The position numbers were made by a program, and so were the translations under genes. A DNA stretch of 63,264 nt, filler included, from Choristocarpus tenellus KU-1152 (lineage: Eukaryota > Protista > Phaeophyceae), in NCBI GenBank assembly GCA_964200185.2. It is 11 parts of 11 records of this genome, joined end to end, with 100 filler letters (N's around TTAATTAATTAA, not from the genome) between each part and the next. Parts side by side here need not be neighbours in the genome. Positions count along the whole stretch, not along the records: positions 26,680 to 29,342 come from CAXNAD020025848.1; positions 29,443 to 33,998 come from CAXNAD020014013.1; positions 34,099 to 40,964 come from CAXNAD020007184.1; 8 more parts are not named here. The stretch is one strand, 5' to 3'. Below the pieces are notes generated by a model. The model was not told the origin of the DNA and ran no database searches. It worked only from the letters and a program-made list of their open reading frames with translations. Shown here in pieces: positions 26,848 to 39,064 of this stretch (position 1 is the first letter of the stretch; each line of letters opens with the position of its first letter).

Positions 26848-29230
26848 ATGTCCAGCCCCCAACATTCGCAAGAAGCTGAGGTCGCCTCCGACCCGCAGAC
26901 TCTCCAAGGAATTGATGATTGCGAGAGATTCCAGTCCAGTACCGCAACTCAAGGCAATTCTGGTCGCGTCCACGCTACTGAACGTCGAGACAGGCGCAGA
27001 GAGCGCGTTCGTTTCCGGTTTTCCACTCGTGGCAGATCTCGCTCCAGGTCAAGATCCCGGGACAGACACTCTCATCGACATGGAAGGCGGGCCAGAGAAG
27101 AACGCAGAGGCCGCACCCGTTCACCACGTCGTCACCGTCAGACCAGTGATTATTCTTCTCCACACAGGTCTGTATCACCCAGACAATCTCGAAGGAATAG
27201 CCTGAGTACGGTACGTCGATCCAGAGAGGTTGAGGCAGAGTTGTGAAGAGAGAATAATGAGTTGAATATTCGAGCCGAGTCACGTGAGTCATGACCCGAT
27301 AGGCAAGAGCGCAACCTTGGTATGCGTTTTCACCAAGATTGTGTTAAAAACATGGAACGCATTCATAGAAAACTCGGAGACCCTGCCCACGGCCCCGTCT
27401 TTCTTGGGGTACCTGCAGAAAATCCGCCCCAACCATGTCAAACAACCCCGTTTTTTTCGCTGACGCTCTTACCAAGGCTTTAGGGAGGGTTCAAGGAGGA
27501 TCGTGGGCCTTACCCAAAGATCGTGTCCACTATCGTAATACATCACGTCCACGTAGTGATGCCCTTACCCCTTTCCGCAAAAAGCTTCTTGAGCAACTAC
27601 TGTCTGACTCTCTTAGGACCCACAGTGATCTCCTAAGTAACTCATCTACAGTGGAAGTCCCAAACGTCACCGGACACCTCCTTCAGGTTCCTCGGGAAGA
27701 CATGACAGCGACCGAGTGGGTCCGTATCCTGGTGAGAGAATGCACCCTTTCGTATAGTCGGTCAAAAAATCCTGTAAAGAACGCAATGAGTTCTTTAAGG
27801 ACGGAGAGGGGAATCGTGGAAAGCTGCAGCCAACAGGCTTGTCTTGCATTATCGAGCATACACCGTAGATTCGCGGATGCCTCATGTTTGCGAGACAACT
27901 TTCTTTTGGAGGTATATAGCTGAAGATCAACTCATTGATCTTTGCGAATGAGCTCTTCCTATCCGTCTTCCCAATGTTCTAGATCAGATTGGAGTACAGT
28001 CAATGGCATTTTCATTTCGAAAGGAGATTCGGAACCAAATTCTCCCACTGGAAATGTCCCAGAATAATCATTTAGGAGATGAAATGGTACAGCAAGGAAT
28101 TAAAGCAGAGCGGATCTTTGACGATCTTATCGAAGAATTGTCCAATCGTAGCGATCAGTACGTATTTTTCCCAACCAATCAAAAGCTACAAAACCTGCGT
28201 CGTCTAAAGATAGGACACCTACTGCTTCAGGTAGCATGGCTAACGCTCGTGCTATGTTTGCAAGCATGTCCGACCCGTTGTCTGCCCCAGTTGACACCCT
28301 GGTAGGCAGACAGGAACTGGAATTACCTCAACATAGCAGGACATCCTTGCCACAGGAGGTGCTAAGCCAGACTCCATCACCACACCAAGAAGTGGTCAAC
28401 AGTGTGCTGGCGGCCCTCGCACCTATGCTCCAACCTGTTTTGTCCCCAAACCCCTGCCCATTGTCTGTGCTGCGTTGACAAACCAACCTGCTTCTGCTCC
28501 TGGGAAGCATGGTACCACGTTCGTTTTGAAGAGCAATACGTCCGCGCCCGTTCGCCCAGCAACACCTGCCACCCAGTCTGTGCCTCGATCCACATCCTCT
28601 ATAACCACAGACAGAGCGAGCGATGCAGGTCGACACCATTCGGGTAAGGATTTACCTTCGCCATCTGCTTCCCAAGATGAGGTGGTCGAGTGGCTCAAGG
28701 CACATCGAGTTTGTTTCCATCATGCCTTTGGTCGCGATTGCTTCAAGTCTATCAGTCAGAGGTGCAGGTATACTCACCACGACTCCGTAGTAGCTAAGGG
28801 TTACTTTGCATATCTGTCCCAAGATAAGCCAAGTACCACCCCAGCGAACCAGTCACATATGATAGTAGCCTTGACAGATGCCCATTTGCACTACATCGCC
28901 GCGATGCAAGACTTTGAGTTTCCGCCACCATTTGCAAGCAGCTCGACCGATTCTGAAGTTCCCGAGTTGCCCTGAACGTGCGCCCTGGAGTCTTCAGCTC
29001 CAGGGAACTTAGGCATTGTAGCCATAGGAAGCATGACCCCCACACTTTCCTCGAAATATCCACTATGTCAACTGCCCAACGAACTAGTCAAGTATGGCTA
29101 TCTGCACTGCTGTGGCACCCTCGCAAAGTCCGCACGAGAATACCTGTACAGATACTCCTTGACACAGGTGCAGGAGGTGGGAACTACATCTCGTCTGCTT
29201 TCTGGCGCAGTACTACTCTTTGGGGAGGTA
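26848..29230 (+). mobile_element. Degenerate LTR-retrotransposon gag-protease region (Arg/Ser-rich N-terminus, CCCH finger, aspartic protease)
   Basis: Co-oriented frameshifted ORFs 26797-29286; protease motif ILLDTGAGGGNYIS; CFHHAFGRDCFKSISQRCRYTH just upstream of it. Confidence 0.7.
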
Positions 29231-30082
29231 GCACCGGCTTGCTACTGTTAAAACATAGGCTACTCATTTGTTTCTTGTTGATATGATGCACATACTACCA
29301 GCTTGTACTGACTGTTGATTGGTGCAATGCACTGGTTGTTAGNNNNNNNNNNNNNNNNNNNNNNNNNNNNNNNNNNNNNNNNNNNNTTAATTAATTAANN
29401 NNNNNNNNNNNNNNNNNNNNNNNNNNNNNNNNNNNNNNNNNNGGGACAGAGAACATTGGAGGGGGGGGGGGTCGCATTTCCGATTTATCTCCATTTCATA
29501 TTGTGTATCGATTTAATGGAGGAGTGAGAGAATTGCACGTTTGTGGGGGGGAGGGGACTTCGCAAGGTTAGACTTCATTTTGCGTAGCTACTAGTAGAGA
29601 GGGGGGGGGAGATTAACATATACCGCCTAGTAGTGTTGGTAAGGGAAGATATGTATAGGATTTCCCCAAGATTCACAGGAAGTGTGGCATATACATTGGT
29701 TGGAATGAATAGATTCGCCCGTTTTTCAGGTTTACGTGGTATATTCACTCTAAGTAACATTAGGGATTACACTGTAATTCTTTACCCACAAACAACACTG
29801 CAAAGGACACAATAGAAATACTGGGATTTGATCAGTGGGATTTCACTTCATCGTCCGACCTAACATCCTCTTCATACCTCGTGGGATCAGCGAGCACCTA
29901 TTCCTAGAAGAGGTGTGGCTAGTGAGGCAGAGAAAGAATACTATCATACTATCCAGTTTACACTTGACAAATATTTCAACCCACATATCCATACCTCCTC
30001 AACTCACGCAACATGTATCGATAGAGATGTGGGAGGTGGAGAAGATGAATACTATACTCTATATTATACTTTTTAAAATTTA

Positions 30083-30356
30083 GACCCAAAGTAAACGAGA
30101 GGTACCCAGTTTTTGGCCGTTTTGCGTTCTAAGCCGGTCTTTTAATATTTTGCAATTCACTCATATTTCTATGTATGGATGAAGTGGTAACTTTTGAATT
30201 GAGAGGGTTGATTTCTGTATGGTGTTGAAAATTTTTATACAGTTCGGAAAATATTCTATACAGATACACACTTTTGTAAATAATAAAGCCAAATATTACA
30301 CATATTTCCTGGAATCGTTAAATGCAACCCTGTGTACCTCTCATATACTTTGACTG
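30083..30356 (+). mobile_element. MITE family B, full-length copy
   Basis: TIRs gacccaaagtaaacgagaggtac / gtacctctcatatactttgactg; flanks TTTA/TTCA. Confidence 0.85.
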
Positions 30357-31005
30357 TTCACACAATATACAACTACAGCAACACTTGGTACGAGGTGTGG
30401 TCTCCGCAATAAGAGGTGAAGAGTGATACTGGTGTGCCATGCATGCTGTGCCTAAGACATTGGCGAAGTGTGGGGAGGTGCAGAAAGGAGGCAAAAAGAC
30501 ACACGGTATGTCAATGTGTTTACACAAGGCCAGTAATAAGGTGTGGTTACTTTGTAAGAGGTGAGAGGTGTTATTAGTGTGCCATATTGTGTTTGGGACA
30601 TCGGTCTAGTGTGGGGGAATAAGAAACAAGGCGAAATAACACGCATCATGGAAAAAATTAAAATTGGTAGCGATGGCTCATAGCAAGGTATGAGGTATGG
30701 TCACTTTGTAAGTGATGAGGAAGTGTTCATAATGTGTCATATTGGTCCTGTAACATTTGTGAAGTGTATGGTGACTTCGGAATTACGATTATTTCATAGT
30801 TTTTTTCTGTCCCAAACAACTTCTTTTTACTGTGATGAAAGCTTTTTGTTCCTAATCTTGTTCCTGTGCAACTATCTTCCTCCTGTGCTGAACTTGACCC
30901 AGTGCATCACAACTGTTTGCAGTGAGGAGCTAGTAGGACTTTGCTCATCACGTCTTTCTCTCACTTCTGAAGCTTATATCAAATGGGGTGTATTGACTTC
31001 CAGCC

Positions 31006-31263
31006 GAGTGAAAGTATCTTAGAGGATACAGGTATTGCCCTGTTTGTCCGTTTGGGGCTTGGCTTTCCACGGTTTTTTCATTAAGTTTTCCTACTCTAGA
31101 ATGTCTCGGAGTAGGTAAAATGTGTATGTTATGAAAAGTTGTGTCTGGAACAAGGATATTGACACTTCGTAACAGACACGATAGCCAAAATTACATCAAA
31201 ACCACAACATTGGATTTTGGCCTCCAAACAGACACGGCTCTACCCTCCAAGATACTTTGACTC
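31006..31263 (-). mobile_element. MITE family A (~257 bp)
   Basis: TIR gagtgaaagtatcttagagg / ccctccaagatactttgactc; co-linear with four other copies. Confidence 0.9.
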
Positions 31264-31477
31264 AGGAATTCAACATATTTCTTATTGTAGCTCCTTTGAG
31301 TTTCCTCAAAATGATTGGTGGTCAGCATATTAATACATAAGCATTCTCCCAAAATGCAAGTCAAGTGATCGAGTTATCTTTGTCTGCCCTTCCTTCAAGG
31401 CATCAACGCCTGCCTGCATTCTTGAGCACTGAGGCTTCTGTAATCCCGATCAGGTGAGTTAGCTTGGCGCTGAAACA

Positions 31478-31554
31478 TGGAGGTCCTACACGAAGGCTTG
31501 AACCCAGGGCATGAGATCCAGAGTCTCAACCTGTCGGAACTGTGCTAATGGGGC
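31478..31554 (-). pseudogene. Decayed tRNA-Gln(CTG)-like sequence ending in CCA
   Basis: Minus strand: anticodon arm TGAGA-CT-CTG-GA-TCTCA, GGTTCAAG T-loop, 3' …GGACCT-CCA; D-arm and acceptor stem disrupted. Confidence 0.6.
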
Positions 31555-31825
31555 TGTTGTCATGAGTGTGAGGGTTTATAAAGTGGGCTGTATTGACTTA
31601 CAGGTTATCATAATGTTTCACTTGTAGCTTGTTTGAGTCCCTTCAAAGTGAATAGTGGTCAGTCATTTATCTATAGCTAAATCAAACACTTTAAAGCGTA
31701 ACGAAAGTCAAGTGGTCCAGTGATGCATCATTTCTGGCCGTCCTTCAGGACATCAACGTCTACCTACATTCCTGAGTCCTGAGCTGCGCATCAAATGAAC
31801 TTCTGGTCGCTTCTAGTGGTTCGAG

Positions 31826-32198
31826 GTATCTGCTCTCTGAATAAGGCATCATAAAATTCATCCTTCGTGTAAAGTGTGTTTCTTGTGGGTACTAGGCATC
31901 TGCTCTCCATATAGAGCAGCAAGAGATTTAGCCACAGTGTGAAATGTGTTTCTAGTGACTTTTGTAGCTACTAGGCATCTGCTCTCCAAATAGAGCACCA
32001 TGAGACTTAGCCTTTGCGTGAAATGTGTTTCTAGTGGCATTTTGCGACTCCTATGTATTTTCTCTCGTAATAGAACAGCATGAGATTTAGCTTTTGTACG
32101 AAATCTGTGGCTTTTGTGCTCCTAGGTATCTGCTCTCCAAATAGAGGCAGCATGGGATTTACTCTGCTCACATCAAATGTGTTTCCAGTGACTTCTAG
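31826..32198 (+). repeat. ~70-80-bp minisatellite, 5 diverged copies
   Basis: Unit gg(c/t)atctgctctcca(a/t)atagagca…aaatgtgtttctagtg. Confidence 0.9.
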
Positions 32199-33780
32199 TC
32201 GCTGTGGTGAATCTGGAGACGGCCCTTTCAACCATTGCTTCAAAGTCACCGCCCATGGAGGATTTTTTTTGCGGCCATGCATGGAAATACTTCTTCCTTC
32301 ACTCTGTGTCTAATTTGCTTTCCGAAATTGAGTAGAATATACCCTACTCCGTTTTGGTTGCGCACTTACTCTTGCTGTCTATCAATTCTCTCTTATGCTT
32401 TGGGCCCATAGTATATTAGAGGGGGTATTAGACGTCCATTTGGGGCCCGTGCGACCCTCTAATGGTTTTCATATAATCTAAGTGAATGTGTCAGATAGAA
32501 GGGCAATTTCCTTCATCTGAAGGTACCTTCCTTTTCCATCCCCCTACCTCAACCATATCCGACGGAAAATCGACCGCAAAATTTTCATCAATCTCTGGTA
32601 TCTTAGAACACCTCATCAAACCCCAGATGGACAATCTGGCCTAAGCACCCCCGCTCCCTCTCTACGATACTACAAGCCTTTGATCACTGACATTCAGGTT
32701 GTTTTATGTCCTCATGCTCACCTGGAAGCTTTCCCCAACTGAGGTATCTCATACGCTGAGGGTTCCACCTCACGCTCGTGACAGGTAGCACTCCAGGATG
32801 GGATCTCGCCACAAGCGCAGCAATCACAGCATGTCCACTTACAGGAGCAGAAACTAGGGTCTCTGACCGTCAGCCCAAGAGGGATTATGGGCGCCTAAAT
32901 AATCTCACTTCCACACCACACTGTATCCCTAAAAGATTAGCCTAACCCCCTCTGCAGTGAGCCCCACTCCTTTCCTACTAGGATACTTTCATCCCGTGAA
33001 TGACAAACTGCTCCAACACAATGTCTGCCACTACTTGTGACCCTAATGGTTATCTATATCGTACACTGGAGGCATGCACCACAATAATCTGCCCGTCAAC
33101 TCATCAACATGCAATCTATACGTTACGTCTGTGTATATACACACATAGTCATGTCATATATACATAGTAGGAAATCAAAAATATTTGCCAATTAGATAAT
33201 GTAATAATCCTAGGTAGATACAAACACTACTATTCGTTACTCTGTTTGTGTACACGATAAAATTGGTTCAAAACATTTTTATAAGTAGGAACCTGTCTGG
33301 GCGCATGGGTCAGTGCGAACAACATGCCACGTGTTACATATTGGCAATATTGGCGAAGTTATTCCCAAAGATGCACAGATACCCACTTATTCTTCCATAT
33401 CACAAACATGAGACATTAACAATTCCTCGCGGGTGTTGCACCAAGCATGCACCATGTGTGCCTGTGTATGTGTGTGTGTCTTCCAACACTAATCCCATCC
33501 CTAGTCACCAAGATCAACAACAATACGCACCCTCGCAAATACCGTAATTTGTACTCTGCATCTGTGTACACGGTTGACATTTCTTCAGAGCACTTATGCA
33601 AGTAGGTCCCTTGGCCCATGATTCAGGCAAAAAGCACATCACACATTCAATATTGTCAATATCAGTACAATTATTACAAAAACAGACCAAATACACACTT
33701 ATCCTGCCGTGGCACCAACACAACACATCTGTAATTACTCCTAAAGGTTGCAAAAATCATACTCCATGCCCATGTCCCGG

Positions 33781-33817
<37 letters not shown>

Positions 33818-35350
33818 TGTATCTCCTGCACACTTCAGATCAAACGCTAGTCTCCAGCAGCACCAATGGTACGCACACTCCAACACATACTTCACGTACT
33901 CAAGCATGCACTTGAGTATGGCACATATGTTTGTATATCAGACCCAAAGTATCTGGGGGGGGGGGGTCTACACCAGGGTGTCCATTTGGGTGATGACCNN
34001 NNNNNNNNNNNNNNNNNNNNNNNNNNNNNNNNNNNNNNNNNNTTAATTAATTAANNNNNNNNNNNNNNNNNNNNNNNNNNNNNNNNNNNNNNNNNNNNGG
34101 CCCTTAAAAAGTGCCGCAACATTTACAAAAAAAAACATTTGGGCACTTTCCGCAAACCCATCCTCCATAGATAGATAGTATGCTCCATCCTCAATTTTGG
34201 TGAGAGGCTTTTCTAGGACTAGGGTTTTCTCAAGAAGGGCGAGAATCTCAGATTACCCCAAAATAAAATATTTAACATTCCCTCACCCTTCACAAGTGTT
34301 GCAGATACAGCAGTATGACACACTACTGATATTAATACTATAATTTCCTCTTACCATCTCTGTTTTTTGGGAGGCTGCTGTGATAATAAGTTTATTATTG
34401 TCACCGAGAACATTTGAAATAATCTGATATTTTCAAATTATTTCGAGGTCGAGAAAAGGAACAATCGGAAGAGAAAATCGTGACTTCCGAATATCGGGCG
34501 TAACCAATCATGAAAATGTGTACGCTCAAACTATATACATTTTTTTCTCGATTGATGGTTCCACGTCCCCTTCAGCAGCACTATTACTAAATTGTCGTAC
34601 AAGTAGTAGTAAAAGTGTTAGAGGCGAATAGTACAAGTATTTCTTCCCTCGATTTAACTAGTGCGAGCAGTGTACGCGCGTGTGGAACCCCAAAGAGGGG
34701 GAACTCCGATTTGCTAAAAGTTGCAGTGTAAGATCTGTAACTTGGGAATGTACGCAACAGTTCTCAGATGTGTGTCAACGTCTGTAAACTGAATTAAAAT
34801 AAAACGGTAAATGATGACAAGAGGCCCCAAACGGCTCAGGGCCCCACGTGGCTTACTCTTAACTGATCCCAATTCTCATACTCATGCTTATTGATTCATA
34901 AGAGTACCCTTATCTACTGACCTGATATTCATCATCCTCCTTGGGCATTTTGACTGTTGGAGTATTCCTGGAGTCCTGTACAAGCAACAGCACCATCTAT
35001 AGGTTTGTGGGTTGGAACTATACATCCTGGGAAGTTAAGCTTTGGAGCGTGCTGTACCAGAAGTAGTATTTAATAGTAATAGTAGTAGTAGTAGTAGTTC
35101 GTAGTTCGTAGTTATAGTGGTACTCGCAGTACCGATGAGTTATGTAGTCGTACATAGGGACTTGTACGTGGAAGGATGTCGAAGTGTTAACAGAAATGGT
35201 AAGATCCGTATGTAATTATGCTTTTAGTATTTACTGATGTTATCATTGAGAAAGAAGTAGCACACACAACATGCTGGAACCTCGTTTAACAAAGATTTGG
35301 GATGCTTGTACTGGTATTATTATAATTCCTCCGTTCAGAATTAATTGTAA

Positions 35351-35606
35351 GAGTGAAAGTATCTTAGAGGGTACGAGTTTTGCTCTGTTTGTCCATTTGG
35401 GGCCTGACTTCCCATGGCGTATTTTTATGACATTTTCCTATCCAAAATGTTTCGGAGTAGGTAAAATATATGTCATGAAAAGGTGTGTCCGGACAAGGAT
35501 ATTGACACTTCCCAACAAACACGATAGCCAAAATTACATCAAAATCGCAACATTGGACTTCGGCCCGCAAATGGACGAGGCCCTACCCTCTAAGATACTT
35601 TGACTC
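35351..35606 (-). mobile_element. MITE family A
   Basis: TIRs gagtgaaagtatcttagagggta / taccctctaagatactttgactc; flanks GTAA/CTAA. Confidence 0.92.
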
Positions 35607-35639
35607 CTAACGTAACTATTGCAACCTCTGTTCTTGTCC

Positions 35640-36330
35640 AGGAACAACCCACATGATAAACCTTCTGAATGAAGCTTAATTCTCATATAGTTTGGGAGGC
35701 GTGTAAAGTTCGAGATGGTGTGCTGTCATGATTGTGGAGGGTCACCAGTGCAAAGTCGACCAAGTCACATTGGATGAGGTTCGAAAACCCTGTGAAACTG
35801 TCAAAGCGTGTGTTTATTGGGATGCCTAGGGCGAAGACCCCCCATTGCTCAAGCGGCTCAGTCATCCCTTTGTCGCCTGTCATTCCCAACTCTTTTATCC
35901 AGAAGTCTTTCCAAGGTTCAAATTCAAACACCCCGGCACAGAACAGCATGGTGGCACGGTGGCTGGAGGCGAGAGGCCGAGAGACTCGGATTCCTTGGGG
36001 GACGGCGCCAACCATGGCAGAGGACTTTGTAGTTTCCCAAATCACCGTGTTCTGTCATCTGAAGGAGTATAACACTACATCATTGTCTGACGGGATGTTG
36101 TTTATCACTTTGAATAATTGGAGACATCAGCACCACATAAATATGAGTCGCAGATAATAAAATGCCATTTGAATACTGTCAAACACTTGGAACACATCAA
36201 TGTAATCTAGCCCACATCTTTGCGCAACAAAGACATCTCAATAGAATATTGGACGATTTCAGGAAAGCCAACATCCAATCCGAGCTGATACCATTATGAT
36301 GAGTCTTCAGATCTCATCTTCAGCATGTAT
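35640..36330 (-). mobile_element. Decayed tyrosine-recombinase element, Crypton-like
   Basis: Ordered fragments DLKTHHNG…RCLCCAKMWARLH, LGNYKVLCHGWRR (H-x-x-R box), TMLFCAGVF…EPLEQWGVF, FTGFSNLIQ…ALVTLHN parallel the motif order recalled for Crypton/NDC10-II proteins; stops and frameshifts present. Confidence 0.45.
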
Positions 36331-36671
36331 GTGTTATTGAGCATTATTGAGGCCACTACATCATCCCAACAACCTAGGTGCATGTAATCATGGCAAAAAC
36401 ATTTCTTCTTCCGTGTTGGGTTGAACCATCTAACTACTCGTCCCTCCTCTTTGCAATACGTTGAACCTTTGCTGTGGAAGGACTCATTTAGTCACAGCGA
36501 ATGAAGTCTTGCCATCAAGATTCGGGTTTTCCTGTTCTTCTTTGTGGTTCAGAGATAGACAAGAGGGTACAGTACAGTACCTGAAAATGTATGAATTCTG
36601 TTCATACAATTGAAGGAGGTAGGTTACACTACAAATGGAAATCAGACGTGTATTCACCTCATTAGGGAAAT

Positions 36672-36744
36672 AATCCTCAACGGGGATCGAACCCGCAATC
36701 TTGCACTTCGTAGGCGTACGCCTTATCGATTGCGCCACGAGTGC
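36672..36744 (-). tRNA. tRNA-Arg(ACG)-like, probably a pseudogene or tRNA-derived element
   Basis: GCACTCG TGGCGCAATCGATAAGGCG TACGC CT-ACG-AA GTGCA AGATT GCGGG TTCGATC CCCGT; B box intact, but D-loop GG lost and mismatches in acceptor, D and anticodon stems. Confidence 0.7.
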
Positions 36745-36949
36745 GACCTTATGGACAACAATTGGATATTATTTGAACGACAACAAGAATCTTGTACTTG
36801 TTTTTATTGCATACATAAATTTATATGTTCTTTCCCTTGTACTTTACTTCTTCCTTGTTTCCAAAATTTGAACGGGTTATCACCAGGGTTAAAAGAAGCG
36901 AGATATTACAGGGTAGGGTATTAGTTCATCCATTGTTGTGGGATCTGTG

Positions 36950-37950
36950 CAAGCACAAGAAGGTGTAGAAGGACTTGTGCGAATGGGCGGCCATACCTGA
37001 GGTCACCCTTGCCTTGTTGTAAGATCTGTGCAAGTGCAAGAAGGTCAAGAAGGCGAAGTGGTGGATTAAACCACTTCTCTCAGACCAGCAGAAAGTCAAC
37101 AGGGTGGGATTCGTCAACAGCCACACGTACAGGAGGGGGGAAAGTGGGGTAATAGTGGACGATCTGTACTGGGTGCATGTGGATGAGAAGTTTACATCCT
37201 CGAAGATAGGCGTGTACCTGCACCCCATTGAAGACTCACCCAAACCCTCAAGGTCATAGAATAAGCATTGCATTATGAAGGTGATGTTCCTTGCAGCTGT
37301 GGCCCGCCCTAGGAAGCTCTCCAATGGAGAGTAGTTCGATGGGAAAATCGGGATCTGGCCAATCATGTTCACTACTTAGGTCACTCAGTACTCTAGCAAA
37401 CACCCCCCCCAAGGGCACCACGGTGCTTGTGTCCGCTATGGTGGACGGGGGAGGAGTGCAAGAAGGTCACAGTCGAGGATGGCATCCCGGCAATCAAGAC
37501 CCACATGTCTAGGCTGAAAGGACACACTGCCTTCGCGCAGCAGGACAGGGCAAAGCCACACACAAAGGGGGGGATCATGGAGACAATCGAGGAGGTGGCA
37601 GGAGATGATATCATCACATACACTCAGCTAGCAACTCACCTGACCTAAACGTCAACGACCTGGGATTCTTTCGTTCCATCCAGCTGTCTGAAGGAAGACG
37701 GGGGGTTGATAAACACAGAGGAGCTGGTGGAGGTCACAACGGAGGCATTCAGTGTGTACACCTGGGAGACACAAGAGCGCATCTGGCAAAGCCTCTTTGC
37801 AGTCTACGGGTCCAAGGGTGAAATGTCTTCAAGGTTCGCTATCATAGCAAGGAAAAGACTGAGAAGGCAGTCGAACTCCTCGAATGCCCCAGTGGATGTG
37901 GCGAAATACGGCGCTGGAATGGAGTATTGTAGGGCTTCAGGGACGGAATC
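36950..37950 (+). mobile_element. Degenerate Tc1/mariner transposase of the plant-mariner (Soymar/Osmar, DD39D-like) clade
   Basis: IKPLLS…WVHVDEKF…KVMFLAAVARPR…FDGKIGIWP…QQDRAKPH…NSPDLNVNDLGFFRSIQ, read across stops and frameshifts. Confidence 0.9.
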
Positions 37951-38980
37951 ATAGATAGATAGGTGCAGGCCGTCCCATTTTGGTTGAGATTTTGATGGAC
38001 AACCTTTTTAGTGTCTACATAATATATCCATAAGATAAGAAAATGTTAATAAACATATATCGGTTCTTCATTAGGGCTGTAAAAGTTACATTTAATTTCG
38101 AGTGGAAAAAGTATGAAGTATTTTTTATTTGGTTGTTGTATGACGACTTATGTTCACCTCCAGAGGTGAATATGTCTAGTCACCCTCCATCTGATATCTC
38201 TGTTGATGGACCGATCACAATTCCAGAGAGTATCTCCCTATCGTTTTTGTCTGTGGACAACTTTTATCCAGAGGAACCAATAACGTCTAGTTGTGGAGAA
38301 AGCGAGGGTGAATCTGGTCACGTGCTTAGGAACCCATTGCATATCATCTTGAGCTGCGGTAATCCAGTTGGTTCACGAAGAAGAGCACAACTTCCCTGTT
38401 CGAGTTGGGGCGTACTGATCAAGAGGTCGAATTATCTAAAGCGGTACACCCACCCCAGATACACTGGAATTAGGTGCTTACATTGCCTAAGCCCGAAAGC
38501 TTCTGTCTGAACTTGCAGGTCACTATTCCAGAGTAAATAGTCAAACCTTCCACGGAAACTGGGCAACAATTGGGTTGGCGAGAAAGCTGTTCATCGAAGT
38601 TTGCTTCTTGCGGACTGGGTATATTAAGAGAGCGTACTCAAGAGCATTATGATAACTGTGCACCCTGTAATGTACATGAGAAGAAGCCGACTCACTTTCC
38701 TGAACAATACTTTCACCCCTCCCTGCAAACTTTGGAGGTCCAGTGTTGGCATCTTTTTTGTCTTTTCCTGTCCCTTGTTGCTGTTTCGACTCCTTCACGG
38801 ATGAAAGAATGGACGTAAAGAAACTACCTCTACCCAGCACTCTTAAAATCTATTCGGGTAGAGATTCGAAATTCACTCTAACATTCTTTGTGTATGTTCA
38901 ACTCACCTGGATTGTTGATGCTGCAACTGCCGCCTGTTTCACGCCACTCGTGTAGTGTCCCACTCAAGAACTGAACCAAT

Positions 38981-39064
38981 ATGGCCGCAGAAGTGAAGGG
39001 GCAGGAAGCTCAGGATGTGGAGATGAGTGATGGACCAGGGAATGGTGCAGGGTCTCAAGGGCAG
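38981..39064 (+). CDS. RBX1: RING-box protein (RBX1/ROC1 family), probable first exon (MAAEVKGQEAQDVEMSDG…QGQ)
   Basis: ATG to CAG|GTAATA, phase 0, in frame with the next exon; low-complexity N-tail typical of RBX1. Confidence 0.75.

Noticed and set aside
26797-27246. SR splicing-factor gene
   Set aside because: No RRM; the ORF leads through stops and frameshifts into gag/protease-like sequence.
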